Shown: positions 39,275 to 48,533, counted from the stretch's first letter. The stretch is DNA of 64,000 nt from Bryobacteraceae bacterium (GCA_034408745.1 JAWXCM010000206.1:6326-70325), one strand, 5' to 3'. Notes: generated by a model from the letters alone, not told the origin. Translations and numbers: made by a program.

Positions 39275-41485
39275 TTGAAGTCATGGACAGCGGTGTGCGC
39301 ATGCCTGATCCTGTCAACGTTCACGGCCACAGCACAGAAGAAGAACTCCGAATATCAACTCCGTATTCACCGTGCGACATCGCCCGTCGTCATCGACGGC
39401 AGTGCGCACGAACCTGCGTGGCAATCCGCCGAGGTGGCCGGCAACTTCTGGATGGTTCTGCCCATGGACACGGAACGCGGCAAGGTCCGCACCGACGTTC
39501 GCATGACGTACGACGATCGCAACCTGTACCTCAGCGCCATCTGTTTCCACGGCGACGTGGCAGGCCCGTACATCGTGGAATCGCTCCGCCGCGACTGGGC
39601 CTTCGGCAGCAACGACAACTTCATCTTCTTCATCGACACGTTCAACGACCTGACCAACGGCTACACCTTCGGCGTGAACGCCGCCGGAGCGCAGTGGGAC
39701 GGCCTGCTCTACGAAGGCGGCAGGGCAAACCTGAGCTGGGATAACAAGTGGACCTCAGCCGTGAAGACGTACGAGGATCGCTACGAACTGGAAATCGCCA
39801 TCCCGTTCACCACCATGCGCTACAAAGCGGGCGTTGCCGAGTGGGGCATCAATTTCAGCCGCCTCGACCTGAAGACCACCGAGAAATCGTCCTGGACGCC
39901 CATCGCGCGGCAGTTCCCCACCGCCTCGCTGGCCTTGACGGGAACGCTGCTGTGGGATGAGCCGCCTCCCACCCACACCCGGAACATGTCGCTCATTCCG
40001 TATGCACTCGGGGGCGTGAGCCGCGATTATGTGAGCAAGTCGCCCACGGACACGCGGAACGACGTCGGCATGGACGCGAAGGTGGCCATCGGTCCGGCGC
40101 TCAACCTCGATCTGACGGTGAATCCCGACTTCTCCCAGGTGGACGTCGACCAGCAGGTGACGAACCTCGACCGCTTCGAGCTCTTCTTCCCGGAGAAACG
40201 GCAGTTCTTTCTCGAAAATGGCGACCAGTTCGCCAACTTCGGCTACGCATCCATCCGCCCGTTCTTCAGCCGGCGCATCGGTCTGGGAGGCGTGCCCATC
40301 CGTTTCGGCGCTCGGCTCAGCGGAAAGTTGAACAAGGACTGGCGCATGGGAGTGATGGACATGCAGACCGGACCGCTCGGCGAGGCCGACCTGCCGTCGC
40401 AGAACTTCTCCGTGTTCGCGCTGCAGCGGCGCGTGTTCTCGCGCTCGAACATCGGCGTGCTGCTGGTGGCGAAGGAGTCCGCGGACTATGCCACACCCGC
40501 ACTGCGGCAACAACAGTCGAAGTACAACCGCAATGCAGGCGTCGAGTACAACCTTGCATCGTCCACCAACGCCTGGACCGGCAAGTTGCTCTACCTGAAG
40601 TCGTTCTCCTCCCGCGCCGTCGACAACAGCGGCGCGGCATACGCGGGCAACCTGCAGTACAGCAGCCGGCGCTGGCTGATCAACGGTCAGATGGAAAATG
40701 TCGACGAGCACTACACCGCCGAAGCGGGTTACGTCCCACGCCGTGGCTTTCGCCGGGCGCTCGCCACCATGGGCTACACGTTTCTGCCGAAAGGCGGCCG
40801 CATCCTGAGCCATGGGCCCACCCTGACCAGCAACAACTTCCTCGACTGGCACGGCAAGCTCGCCGACTACGAGACCACGCTGGGCTACACGGTAACGCTG
40901 CGGAATCAGAACGTACTTGCCGTCTCAGGCGGTGCCGACTACGTCCGGCTGCTGTCGCCTTTCGATCCCACGAACTCGGGTCGCGAAAGGCTCGCAGCCG
41001 GAAGCGTGCATCGCTGGAATTTCTGGAATACCAGGTTCGACTCTAAGCCGCAGAGCGTATTCCGCTATGGGTTTTCATCGCAGTACGGCGGCTACTACGC
41101 CGATGGAACGCGGCTGACGCTGACCGGCACTGCCGGCTACCGATTTCAGCCCTTTGTCAGCCTGTCGGGCGCCGCCACCTGGAACGACCTGCGATTGCCG
41201 CAGCCCTGGGGCCGCGCCAGTTTCTGGCTCGTCGGGCCCAGGTTCGACGTCACGCTCACTAACACGCTCTACTTCACAACCTTCCTGCAGTACAACGAGC
41301 AGCAGAAGAACATGAACGTGAACACGCGCGTCCAGTGGCGCTACAAACCCGCCTCCGACCTCTTCCTGGTCTGGACCGACAACTACATGCCCGAGTACCT
41401 GCAACCCGGGCAAAACGTACCCGGGCTGTTCTCAGTGCGGAATCGGGCGCTGGTCCTGAAGTGCGCCTATTGGTGGAATTTCTGA
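39275..41485 (+). CDS. CBM9-like / DUF5916 domain protein, secreted
   Basis: Signal peptide MKSWTAVCACLILSTFTATAQ. The blocks VVIDGSAHEPAWQSAE...YDDRNLYLSA...FIDTFNDLTNGYTFGVNAAGAQWD...WTSAVK...ELEIAIPF...WGINFSR match the CBM9+DUF5916 family pattern from memory. Confidence 0.65.
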   Translation: MKSWTAVCACLILSTFTATAQKKNSEYQLRIHRATSPVVIDGSAHEPAWQSAEVAGNFWMVLPMDTERGKVRTDVRMTYDDRNLYLSAICFHGDVAGPYIVESLRRDWAFGSNDNFIFFIDTFNDLTNGYTFGVNAAGAQWDGLLYEGGRANLSWDNKWTSAVKTYEDRYELEIAIPFTTMRYKAGVAEWGINFSRLDLKTTEKSSWTPIARQFPTASLALTGTLLWDEPPPTHTRNMSLIPYALGGVSRDYVSKSPTDTRNDVGMDAKVAIGPALNLDLTVNPDFSQVDVDQQVTNLDRFELFFPEKRQFFLENGDQFANFGYASIRPFFSRRIGLGGVPIRFGARLSGKLNKDWRMGVMDMQTGPLGEADLPSQNFSVFALQRRVFSRSNIGVLLVAKESADYATPALRQQQSKYNRNAGVEYNLASSTNAWTGKLLYLKSFSSRAVDNSGAAYAGNLQYSSRRWLINGQMENVDEHYTAEAGYVPRRGFRRALATMGYTFLPKGGRILSHGPTLTSNNFLDWHGKLADYETTLGYTVTLRNQNVLAVSGGADYVRLLSPFDPTNSGRERLAAGSVHRWNFWNTRFDSKPQSVFRYGFSSQYGGYYADGTRLTLTGTAGYRFQPFVSLSGAATWNDLRLPQPWGRASFWLVGPRFDVTLTNTLYFTTFLQYNEQQKNMNVNTRVQWRYKPASDLFLVWTDNYMPEYLQPGQNVPGLFSVRNRALVLKCAYWWNF

Positions 41486-41943
41486 TGTCAGGCACTTGCG
41501 AGTCCAGTTTCACCGCCGTCTACCCCGCGTCTTTCATCCGTGAGAAAAACGGCCAGGGGTTTCACGTTCGCTTTCCCGATCTTCCCGAGGCCCTCACAGG
41601 AGGCGAGGACCTCAGCGACAGGCACGTGCAGGCTGCGGACTGTCTTGCTGAGGCCCTCGCGGGGCGAATCGTGCGCGGCGACGCCATCCCGAGACCCTCA
41701 CCGCTAAAACGGGGGCAGCACGCGATCAGCGTGCCGCTGTACCTCGCCCCGAAGCTGGCTCTTTACCTCGCAATGCGAGACATGGGCTTGCGCAATACGG
41801 AGCTGGCCAGCCGGCTCGGCGTCAGCGAGACAGTAGTTCGACGGATGCTGGACCCGAAGCACCAGAGCAAACCGGAACGAATCCAGGCCGCTCTGGCCGC
41901 ATTGGGCAAACGGATCGTGGTGACGTTCGAAGACGCCGCCTGA
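41485..41943 (+). CDS. hicB: HicB-family antitoxin with a C-terminal HTH, with no adjacent hicA
   Basis: 152 aa. FPDLPEALTGGEDLSDRHVQAADCLAEAL...IPRPSPL...ISVPLYLAPKLALYLAMRDMGLRNTELASRLGVSETVVRRMLDPKH...AALAALGKRIVVTFE aligns along its length with E. coli HicB as I recall it. The ATG shares its A with the TGA of the preceding gene (cTGATGt). Confidence 0.8.
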   Translation: MSGTCESSFTAVYPASFIREKNGQGFHVRFPDLPEALTGGEDLSDRHVQAADCLAEALAGRIVRGDAIPRPSPLKRGQHAISVPLYLAPKLALYLAMRDMGLRNTELASRLGVSETVVRRMLDPKHQSKPERIQAALAALGKRIVVTFEDAA

Positions 41944-41959
41944 AGGCTACACTCCGCAG

Positions 41960-43585
41960 CTAGCGCGAAGCCGCCGCGGACTGCACCTGGTAATCGGCGT
42001 AGCTGCCCTTGTAGTCCTCAACACCGTCTTTGTCGAAGTGCCAGACGCGCGTTGCGACTTCGTCGATCAGGTCATGATCGTGCGTCACCAGCAACACCGT
42101 GCCTTCGTACTTCTGCAGCGCGATGTTCAGCGCGTTGATCGCTTCCAGATCGAGGTGGTTTGTCGGTTCGTCCAGCACCAGCACGTTCGGCTTCTGCAGC
42201 ATCAGACGGCAGAAAATGACACGCGCGGCCTCGCCGCCCGAAAGCGCGTCGGTCAGCTTCATCGCGTCTTCACCGGTGAACAGCATCTGACCCAGCACGC
42301 CCCGCAGCTCTTCCTGCGACGCCTTCGGGTCAAATTCGTGCAGCCAGTGAATGATCGGCACGCCTTTGCGGATCGACTCTTTGTGATCCTGCGAGAAGTA
42401 CCCAACCGCGGTCTCGTGGCCCCACAGTACTTCGCCCGAATCAATGTCGAACTCCTGCTCGACAGGATCCACAAAACCAGGCGCGTTGCGGATCAGCGAA
42501 CGCAACATTGTGGTTTTACCAGCGCCGTTGCGCCCAATCAGCGCGATCTTCTCACCGCGCGGAATGCTCGCAGTGAAATTCCTCAGCACCCTCTGGTCGT
42601 CGTACGACTTGGAGAGACCCTTGATTTCCAGCGGATGCCGGCCCGACGGACGCGCCATCTGGAATCGGATAAACGGACGTTGGATGTTGGACCGAGCCAG
42701 ATCCGAGGTCTGCAGCCGCTCCACTTCCTTCTTACGCGAGGTCACCTGCGAAGAGCGGGTTCCGGCCGAGAACCGGGCGATGAATTCCTTCAGCTGCTCA
42801 ATCTTCTTCTCACGCTGGGCGTTCTCGGATTCGATCCGGCTGCGGATCTGCGTCTTGGCCAGCACCATGTCGTCGTACCCGCCGGTGTACGTGATCACCG
42901 ACTGGTAGTCGATGTCCGCCACATGCGTCGAGACTTCATTGAGGAAGTGCCTGTCGTGCGAGATCACGATCAGACAGCCGTCGTAGCGAATCAGGTAATC
43001 CTGCAGCCAGTGCACCGAGTCCAGATCGAGGTGGTTCGTCGGTTCGTCCAGCAGCAGCACGGCCGGAGTGCCGTACAACGCCTGCGCCAGCAGCACGCGA
43101 ACCTTCTGCCCGCCCTGCAACTCGCGCATGGTGCGCTCATGCAGTTCTTCCGGAATATCCAGCCCGTCCAGCAGCACCGCCGCGTCGCTCTCCGCGGTAT
43201 ACCCGCCCTCGTCGCCGACAATACCCTCCAGCTCGCCGAGCCGCATGCCGTCGTCGTCGGTTAATTCTGTGTGGTCTTTCTCGTACAGCGCATCGCGTTC
43301 CTGAAGCGCGGCCCACAAAGGAACGTTGCCCATAATCACGGTGTCGATGACGCGGTACTGGTCGAATGCAAACTGATCCTGGCTGAGGACGCCGACCTTT
43401 TTCGGGCGAGTCACCGAGCCCTTGCTCGGCTCAATCTCGCCCGTCAAAATCTTCATCAGCGTGGACTTCCCGGCCCCGTTGGGTCCGGAGATTGCGTAGC
43501 GGCGACCTGGCTGGAACGTGACCGTCACGTCCTCAAAAAGGATTCGGGCGCCGTAGCGCATTGAGACATTATTTACTGAGATCAC
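41960..43585 (-). CDS. ABC-F family ATPase (YbiT/EttA-like)
   Basis: 541 aa with two ABC cassettes (GPNGAGKST and GRNGAGKTT Walker A; LSGGQK and LSGGEA signatures) and no TM domain. Confidence 0.85.
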   Translation of the reverse strand: MISVNNVSMRYGARILFEDVTVTFQPGRRYAISGPNGAGKSTLMKILTGEIEPSKGSVTRPKKVGVLSQDQFAFDQYRVIDTVIMGNVPLWAALQERDALYEKDHTELTDDDGMRLGELEGIVGDEGGYTAESDAAVLLDGLDIPEELHERTMRELQGGQKVRVLLAQALYGTPAVLLLDEPTNHLDLDSVHWLQDYLIRYDGCLIVISHDRHFLNEVSTHVADIDYQSVITYTGGYDDMVLAKTQIRSRIESENAQREKKIEQLKEFIARFSAGTRSSQVTSRKKEVERLQTSDLARSNIQRPFIRFQMARPSGRHPLEIKGLSKSYDDQRVLRNFTASIPRGEKIALIGRNGAGKTTMLRSLIRNAPGFVDPVEQEFDIDSGEVLWGHETAVGYFSQDHKESIRKGVPIIHWLHEFDPKASQEELRGVLGQMLFTGEDAMKLTDALSGGEAARVIFCRLMLQKPNVLVLDEPTNHLDLEAINALNIALQKYEGTVLLVTHDHDLIDEVATRVWHFDKDGVEDYKGSYADYQVQSAAASR

Positions 43586-43616
43586 AATAGTAGGGGAACT
43601 ACCATTATAAACGGTC

Positions 43617-44801
43617 CTATCTCAGATTTCCCGTATGCCCCAGCGAGTAGCGTCCCGGCTGCGGCCAGACGCACAGTCCGTGCGGCCCTTTGTGCACCTT
43701 AATGCGCGTAATCAGGTGCCCGTCTGTTGTGTCAATTGCGTAAATTTCCCCGTGATATCGCCCGGAAAGCCAGAAAATCTTCCCGTCGGCCGACACCCCG
43801 CCCATGTCCGGACTGCCGCCGCCAGGGATCGTCCATGTCTTTACAATCTTGTTCGTAGCGAAATCCACCACCGAAACCGTCCCCGCGTCGCGGTTCGAAA
43901 CGTACAGGTACTTCGAATCGCGGCTCGGGTAAAGCCCGTGTGCGCCGAGCCCCGTGGCAATGAACCCCACCCGCGTGAACTTCACCGGATCGATAATGTG
44001 AACGCCATCAGCCATCATGTCGGCCACGTAGAAGAGCTTCCCGTCGGGTGAGGTCTTGACGTCCTGGGGCATGCTCGGCGATTCGATCGGCATCATCCCG
44101 CCGCCATGGTGCATGCGCTTCTTGTTCTTGCCGTGATCGGCCTGATGCGCCTCCACCGGCAGCTTGTACACGCCCAGCACCTTGCGCTGCTCCACATCCA
44201 CCTTCACCAGTTCGCCCGAAAACTCGCAACTGGCAATCAGCTGTTTGCCATCGGCGGTGAAGTCCATGTGGTCGACGCCCTTGCACGGGACCGGCACCTG
44301 CTGCACCAGTTTCATGGTCTGCGCGTCGTAGAAATCGAGCCGTTTCAACCGTTCCGCCACCACGATGGCGTGCTTGCCATTCGGCGTGTAGTACATGTTG
44401 TACGGGTCGGCGACTCTGATAGTCCGGCCCTTCTTGCCAGTCACTGGATCGATTTCCGTGATCGTGTCCTGCAGGTCGGCCAGCACCCACAGCGTCTTCA
44501 TGTCCCACGACGGCGTAACATGCTGCGGCTCGCGGCCAACCGGGAAGGACTCGACAATCTTGAATGTTTTCGGATCGATGACATCCACCACATTGGCCGC
44601 GGCGTTCGGCACGTAGATGCGCTGGACGTGGTTCTTTACGTTCGGGTGGAACATGCCCGGACGCGTTTCGGAATAGATGTCGGACGGGTTGACCACCGGC
44701 GGCATACCCGGGAGGCCCGGAGGCGCGGCGGCCTGGGCGGCAAACACGGCTGCGACGGCGCACAGGGAGAGAGTTCGATAAAGGCTGGACGGCTGATACA
44801 T
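43617..44801 (-). CDS. YVTN-type beta-propeller repeat protein, secreted
   Basis: The ATG at 44801 gives the signal peptide MYQPSSLYRTLSLCAVAAVFAAQAAA with GGAAGG upstream. The ORF track start at 44858 is also possible. Repeated ...YV(P/S/A)N...V.VID... blades are present. Confidence 0.6.
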   Translation of the reverse strand: MYQPSSLYRTLSLCAVAAVFAAQAAAPPGLPGMPPVVNPSDIYSETRPGMFHPNVKNHVQRIYVPNAAANVVDVIDPKTFKIVESFPVGREPQHVTPSWDMKTLWVLADLQDTITEIDPVTGKKGRTIRVADPYNMYYTPNGKHAIVVAERLKRLDFYDAQTMKLVQQVPVPCKGVDHMDFTADGKQLIASCEFSGELVKVDVEQRKVLGVYKLPVEAHQADHGKNKKRMHHGGGMMPIESPSMPQDVKTSPDGKLFYVADMMADGVHIIDPVKFTRVGFIATGLGAHGLYPSRDSKYLYVSNRDAGTVSVVDFATNKIVKTWTIPGGGSPDMGGVSADGKIFWLSGRYHGEIYAIDTTDGHLITRIKVHKGPHGLCVWPQPGRYSLGHTGNLR

Positions 44802-44868
44802 ATACGGCTGCCTTCCAGTGTAGCTTCCGCCCGGTCTGAAGAAACTCTGCATTCTCACTCTTTTTCAG

Positions 44869-45699
44869 TTGCGTATCCAAGGTTGTATGTGGACTATGCT
44901 GCTGGCGGGATTCTTGATGGCCGACGACGCCGCGCTCCAACTCATGCGCCAGGTGGCCGAGCGCTGGGAGGCGTCCGAAACCGGGCGGCTCCGGTTCGTC
45001 TATTCGCAGCGGGTTCGAAGCGGCCTGGTGAAAACAAACGGAAAAGCAGGCTGCAACGAAGATCGCCGTTACACAGTCATTCCTCTCGAAACCCGCACGG
45101 AAAAGAAGATCGATTCCATGACACGGACCTGCGAGGAGGACCGAATGGACCGCGACATCCTCAACAGCGTCACCGACCACTGGGTGAACGACAAGGACAG
45201 TCGCGACGGATTGTCAAAGGACCTCTTCCCCCTCCGCGTGGTGGACCTGCCGAACTACAACTTCCGGCTCGCCGGCGAGGGCAGCGTGGCCGGAAGGCCG
45301 GTGCGCAAGGTCTCCTTCACTCCGCGGGCCAATGCCGACCACCCATGGGCCGACCAACCATGGAAGGGCGAGATCTGGGTCGACGCCGAGGACCTCCAGC
45401 CTGCTCGCATGACTACCGACCTTGCCCACAAGATCCCGCTCGGCGTACGTGTGTTCCTCGGAACCGACGTGAAACAGGCGGGCTTCAGCGCCACTTACAC
45501 CCGCGTCGCACCCGGCATCTGGTTCCCCGCCACCTATGGCACCGAGTTTCAGATCAAGGTCCTGTTCGGCTACCGCCGCAACATCACCCTGTCGATGGAA
45601 AGCAGTGATTTCAGGCGCACCGGAGCGGAATCGGAAATTCAGTACCAGCCTTATAATACGGTGACATGCCCGAGCCCGGAGACCTGCACGAATCCGTAA
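44869..45699 (+). CDS. Hypothetical protein, possibly a LolA-like lipoprotein-sorting fold
   Basis: 276-aa ORF with a hydrophobic N-terminus. The pattern YNFRLAGEGSVAGRPVRKVSFTP...WKGEIWVDAEDLQP...WFPA recalls LolA-like/DUF1571-type proteins. This is a weak call. Confidence 0.35.
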   Translation: MRIQGCMWTMLLAGFLMADDAALQLMRQVAERWEASETGRLRFVYSQRVRSGLVKTNGKAGCNEDRRYTVIPLETRTEKKIDSMTRTCEEDRMDRDILNSVTDHWVNDKDSRDGLSKDLFPLRVVDLPNYNFRLAGEGSVAGRPVRKVSFTPRANADHPWADQPWKGEIWVDAEDLQPARMTTDLAHKIPLGVRVFLGTDVKQAGFSATYTRVAPGIWFPATYGTEFQIKVLFGYRRNITLSMESSDFRRTGAESEIQYQPYNTVTCPSPETCTNP

Positions 45700-46481
45700 G
45701 CCAGTTCGAAAACCTCGGCCTCTGGCTGCACCGCCAGTCAGCGGGAAGCGTCAGCGGCCGTGCTGCCGGCAGCGGTTTCGTCTGGTGTCACACCACGTGG
45801 CCCTTCGGGAATCAGGCCGTGTTGACTGAGCCAGTTACAACCCGCCAGGAACTGGACCAGCAGGCTGAGGCAGTTGTGGGATTCGCCGCAGGCCGCAGTG
45901 AGATGTTCCTCTGGGTCCTCTGCCACCACCTTATTCCTGAAGATCTGGCCGCCGGGCTCCCGGAGACGCTAAGCCGGCATGGGCTGCACCACGCGCTCAC
46001 CACAATGGGGATGGTGGCCCCCGACGGCCTCACGCCTCCGCCTGACGCTGGCCCTGACTGCACCGTCCGACGCGCCGTCACGCAGGAAGACATGCTGGCA
46101 CTGTCCCGCATCAACGCAGCGGCGTATATGGTGCCGATGGAATGGGCGCCGGACCTGGTGACGAAGATCTCACTTGTGGCAGACGACTGCTTCGCGTATC
46201 TGGCCGAGGTCGGCGGGCAGCCTGTGTCCAGCGCCGCGACATTCGTGCTGGATGGCCGGTTGTACGTTGCGTTTGTGGCCACCCTGCCAGGGTATGGGCA
46301 GCAAGGTCTGGCCGAAGCGGTACTGCGCGCCTCCATCGAAGCCGCCACCAAAGCGACAGGCATTCGACGCACCGTCCTGCATGCCACGGAAGCCGGCCAC
46401 TCGCTGTATCGACGCATCGGTTTTCGCGATGTGGCGCCCTGCACGATGTTTGCGGGCAGTCCCAGGCCCGCGGTACCGTAG
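45666..46481 (+). CDS. GNAT-family N-acetyltransferase
   Basis: The C-terminal half CFAYLAEVGGQPVSSAATFVLDGRLYVAFVATLPGYGQQGLAEAVLRASIE...LHATEAGHSLYRRIGFRDV is a typical GNAT acetyl-CoA-binding core. Confidence 0.65.
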   Translation: MPEPGDLHESVSQFENLGLWLHRQSAGSVSGRAAGSGFVWCHTTWPFGNQAVLTEPVTTRQELDQQAEAVVGFAAGRSEMFLWVLCHHLIPEDLAAGLPETLSRHGLHHALTTMGMVAPDGLTPPPDAGPDCTVRRAVTQEDMLALSRINAAAYMVPMEWAPDLVTKISLVADDCFAYLAEVGGQPVSSAATFVLDGRLYVAFVATLPGYGQQGLAEAVLRASIEAATKATGIRRTVLHATEAGHSLYRRIGFRDVAPCTMFAGSPRPAVP

Positions 46482-46626
46482 CACGATCAAGTCTCCCAGG
46501 GTCTCCTTGTAGGGCTCCTCGTTTGCAAGCATCGACAAACGGAGGAAACCCTTGCGCCAACTGCTGCTCTCTCGTTCACTCGTCCTGTCCGCTGCACCCG
46601 CTGCCGAAAGGCCGCCGGTTGTCCAG

Positions 46627-47640
46627 CTACTCTCCGACGTCCGGATTTCGCAGCTGCCCTCCAGCCGCATACTCCAGCCGCTCGAAATCTGGCGTTAGGA
46701 CCGTGTAGCCGGACTGCCGGTCTCGTTGGAAATTCAGCTGCTGTTCTTCCGCGCACGAGGGGTCGGATTTCTTAAAGTCGTAGAGTTGCATCTTGTTGCC
46801 GCGCATTCCCGCGTTGAACACCTTCGCGCCAGATGCCGTGCCGTTGTCGGTCAGGAACAGGACAATCGTATTGTCGCGAATATTATTGCTCTTGAGGAAG
46901 CTCTCGAGCCTGTCGAGGTCCTCATCGAAGTTGGCGATCATGCCGTAGAACTCGGCAGGCACGCCTGCACGCCGGTAAGGAGCCGCGTACTTCTCCGCCA
47001 CCCAGAGCGGGCCATGGGGAGCGTTGGTGGCCAGATAGCACAGGAAAGGCTTCTTCTCAGCTGCCCGGGCCTGTATCCAGTTCCTGGCTCATCGAACCAG
47101 AAATCCGTGCGGTATCCGGAGAACCGCTTCGCCTGGCCGTTGTCCTGATACGTCCCGTCGAAATAGTCGTTGTCCAGTTCCGACACGGAGACCATGCCGC
47201 CGCCCAGATGGTACTTCGCAACGTCAAAGCCACGGTCCATGGGACGGTACCGATAATTGTCTCCGAGGTGCCATTTGCCGAACATCGCGGTCACGTAGCC
47301 CGCGCCGGCGAACACGTTGGCCATAGTGGGGACGTCGGTGCGAAGCAGGGAGCGGCCCGTGTCGGTTGCCCTCGCCCGATTGCGAAGCGCATCCATGCCG
47401 CTCATCAGTTGGCCGCGCGTCGGACTGCACATGGGCGCCACGTGAAAGTCGGTGAAGCGAACGCTTTCACTGTGCAGCCGGTCGATCGCCTGTGTTTTCA
47501 CGACGGGATTGCCGTGGCAGGACATGTCGCCATAGCCCTGATCGTCGGTGAGGACGATGATGACGTTCGGCGGCGCGTTATTTTATCGGCTGCGCCTGCG
47601 GCCACAGCGGATAGGGCAGCCTCGAACGCCCGCGCCTGGA
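46627..47640 (-). pseudogene. Arylsulfatase-family pseudogene with at least two frameshifts and a degenerate 3' part
   Basis: Minus-strand reading gives NAPPNVIIVLTDDQGYGDMSCHGNPV...FHVAPMCSPTRGQLMSG (the C-x-P-x-R sulfatase signature)...GKWHLG...FWFDE. A frame change follows, then ARNWIQARAAEKKPFLCYLATNAPHGPLWV...IVLFLTDNGTASG...NAGMRGNKMQLYD. Sulfatase similarity is lost after that point. A taa sits immediately upstream of NAPPNV in its own frame. Confidence 0.7.
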
Positions 47641-47833
47641 CGTGATTGTGAGGTTCGTTGATGACATGGTCGAAACGGCCAAGGTAGCTGTTGGACGGGT
47701 TGCGGTTGGAGACGTTGCGGCGGAAGTTCGTGGCGCCGGCGCTGTTGGGTTCGGGGATGCGGTTGCCCGGGAATTGTTGACGCGTGGCCTGCCCGTTCGC
47801 CGCAATGACGGTGGTGGCCGGGTCGAAGATATT
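47641..47833 (-). pseudogene. Internal fragment of a TonB-dependent receptor
   Basis: The minus frame after a tag stop reads NIFDPATTVIAANGQATRQQFPGNRIPEPNSAGATNF...NSYLGRFDHVIN. This parallels LQDPLTRVRTGTTITSSAFPNNQIPRSRFNPGS...FTSRIDWNES in the intact receptor at 31182-34598. There is no start codon and no flanking receptor sequence. Confidence 0.35.
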
Positions 47834-48209
47834 CTATGCCGCCCGCCGCTTCCCGACAACTGCCTGAATCGCGGCAGCGCACCACTTTATCGGAGTGGAA
47901 GTCCCTCATGATGATGTCCCCCCACTCGGTTGAAGACGTCCTGAGCGCCCTGGTCAATCAGGTACCTGGCGGCGGTGAGAGTCCGCGGTACTTGGCCGAC
48001 GATCCGAAACCGGGTGCCTCGTACGCCCGCATCGCGGTGGTGCCCAACGTCGGCAGGACCGGCAAAGTTATCCTGATTGGCGGTACGAAGGTGGCAGGCA
48101 CGGAGGCCGCGGGCGAACTGCTTTTGGAGGTCCAGCAGCTGAACAACATGCCGAGACAGGCACGGCTGATTGGCTGGCGCGTCAGCCCTTCCGGCGGAGG
48201 CAAAGTCGG

Positions 48210-48303
48210 TGGCGGAAGCCAGTGGGAGTCGAACCCACCAGTGACGCGAGCGCCACTCACTGGTTTTGAAGACCAGGCCCGGCACCGGCCGAAACGGGCT
48301 TCC
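48210..48303 (-). tRNA. selC: tRNA-Sec (selenocysteine, anticodon UCA), CCA encoded
   Basis: The 94-nt minus-strand sequence is GGAAGCCCGTTTCGGCCGGTGCCGGGCCTGGTCTTCAAAACCAGTGAGTGGCGCTCGCGTCACTGGTGGGTTCGACTCCCACTGGCTTCCGCCA. It shares the GGAAG...CTTCCGCCA ends with E. coli selC. It has a 6-bp D-stem with the 4-nt loop CGGT, the anticodon loop CTTCAAA, a 7-bp variable arm (AGTGGCG/CGTCACT) and the T-arm GTGGG-TTCGACT-CCCAC. Two C-U mismatches sit at the stem bases (positions 8/83 and 27/45). Confidence 0.85.
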
Positions 48304-48533
48304 TCAACCAGTGTAGACGGGGTCGGCGCTCAGGCGCCGGCGGCCATGCTGTGCCCGGCCTTGAAGACCTCGTCGGCGAACTCGAAAACCTCCGCCCTCG
48401 CAAGTCCGCTCCTCTCGGACCCGGAACCAGCGGTCGCAGGCATGACGACCTCGCCCTCGCTCTCGCCCTCGCCTGGTGGCGCGCCAGCCGCGAGGCCGGA
48501 CGGATCGGGTAACCGGGTCCTCGGCTTGCCGCA

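Noticed and set aside
41250-41485. A hicA toxin hidden upstream of hicB (ORF 41335..41943 extension)
   Set aside because: The upstream extension of the hicB frame (MALQTRLRPLPGLDRQ...) overlaps the DUF5916 C-terminus and bears no resemblance to HicA. No other small ORF fits.
46627-47640. The interruptions in the sulfatase could be UGA-selenocysteine recoding, given the adjacent tRNA-Sec
   Set aside because: The breaks are changes of reading frame, plus a taa, rather than in-frame tga codons. Similarity is also lost entirely in the 3' part. This pattern indicates decay or sequencing indels, not recoding.
46500-48303. Calling the selC flank an integrated genomic island
   Set aside because: No integrase, excisionase or transposase is present. 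I could not find a direct repeat of the tRNA 3' end by eye. It is reported only as a decay zone, with island history as a hypothesis.
48304-48533. Short minus-frame reading ...EGEVVMPATAGSGSERSGLARAEVFEFADEVFKAGHSMAAGA-stop, just upstream of selC
   Set aside because: It looks vaguely like a protein C-terminus. However, it has no credible start, no recognisable family and a length under 60 aa, so there is not enough evidence to annotate it.
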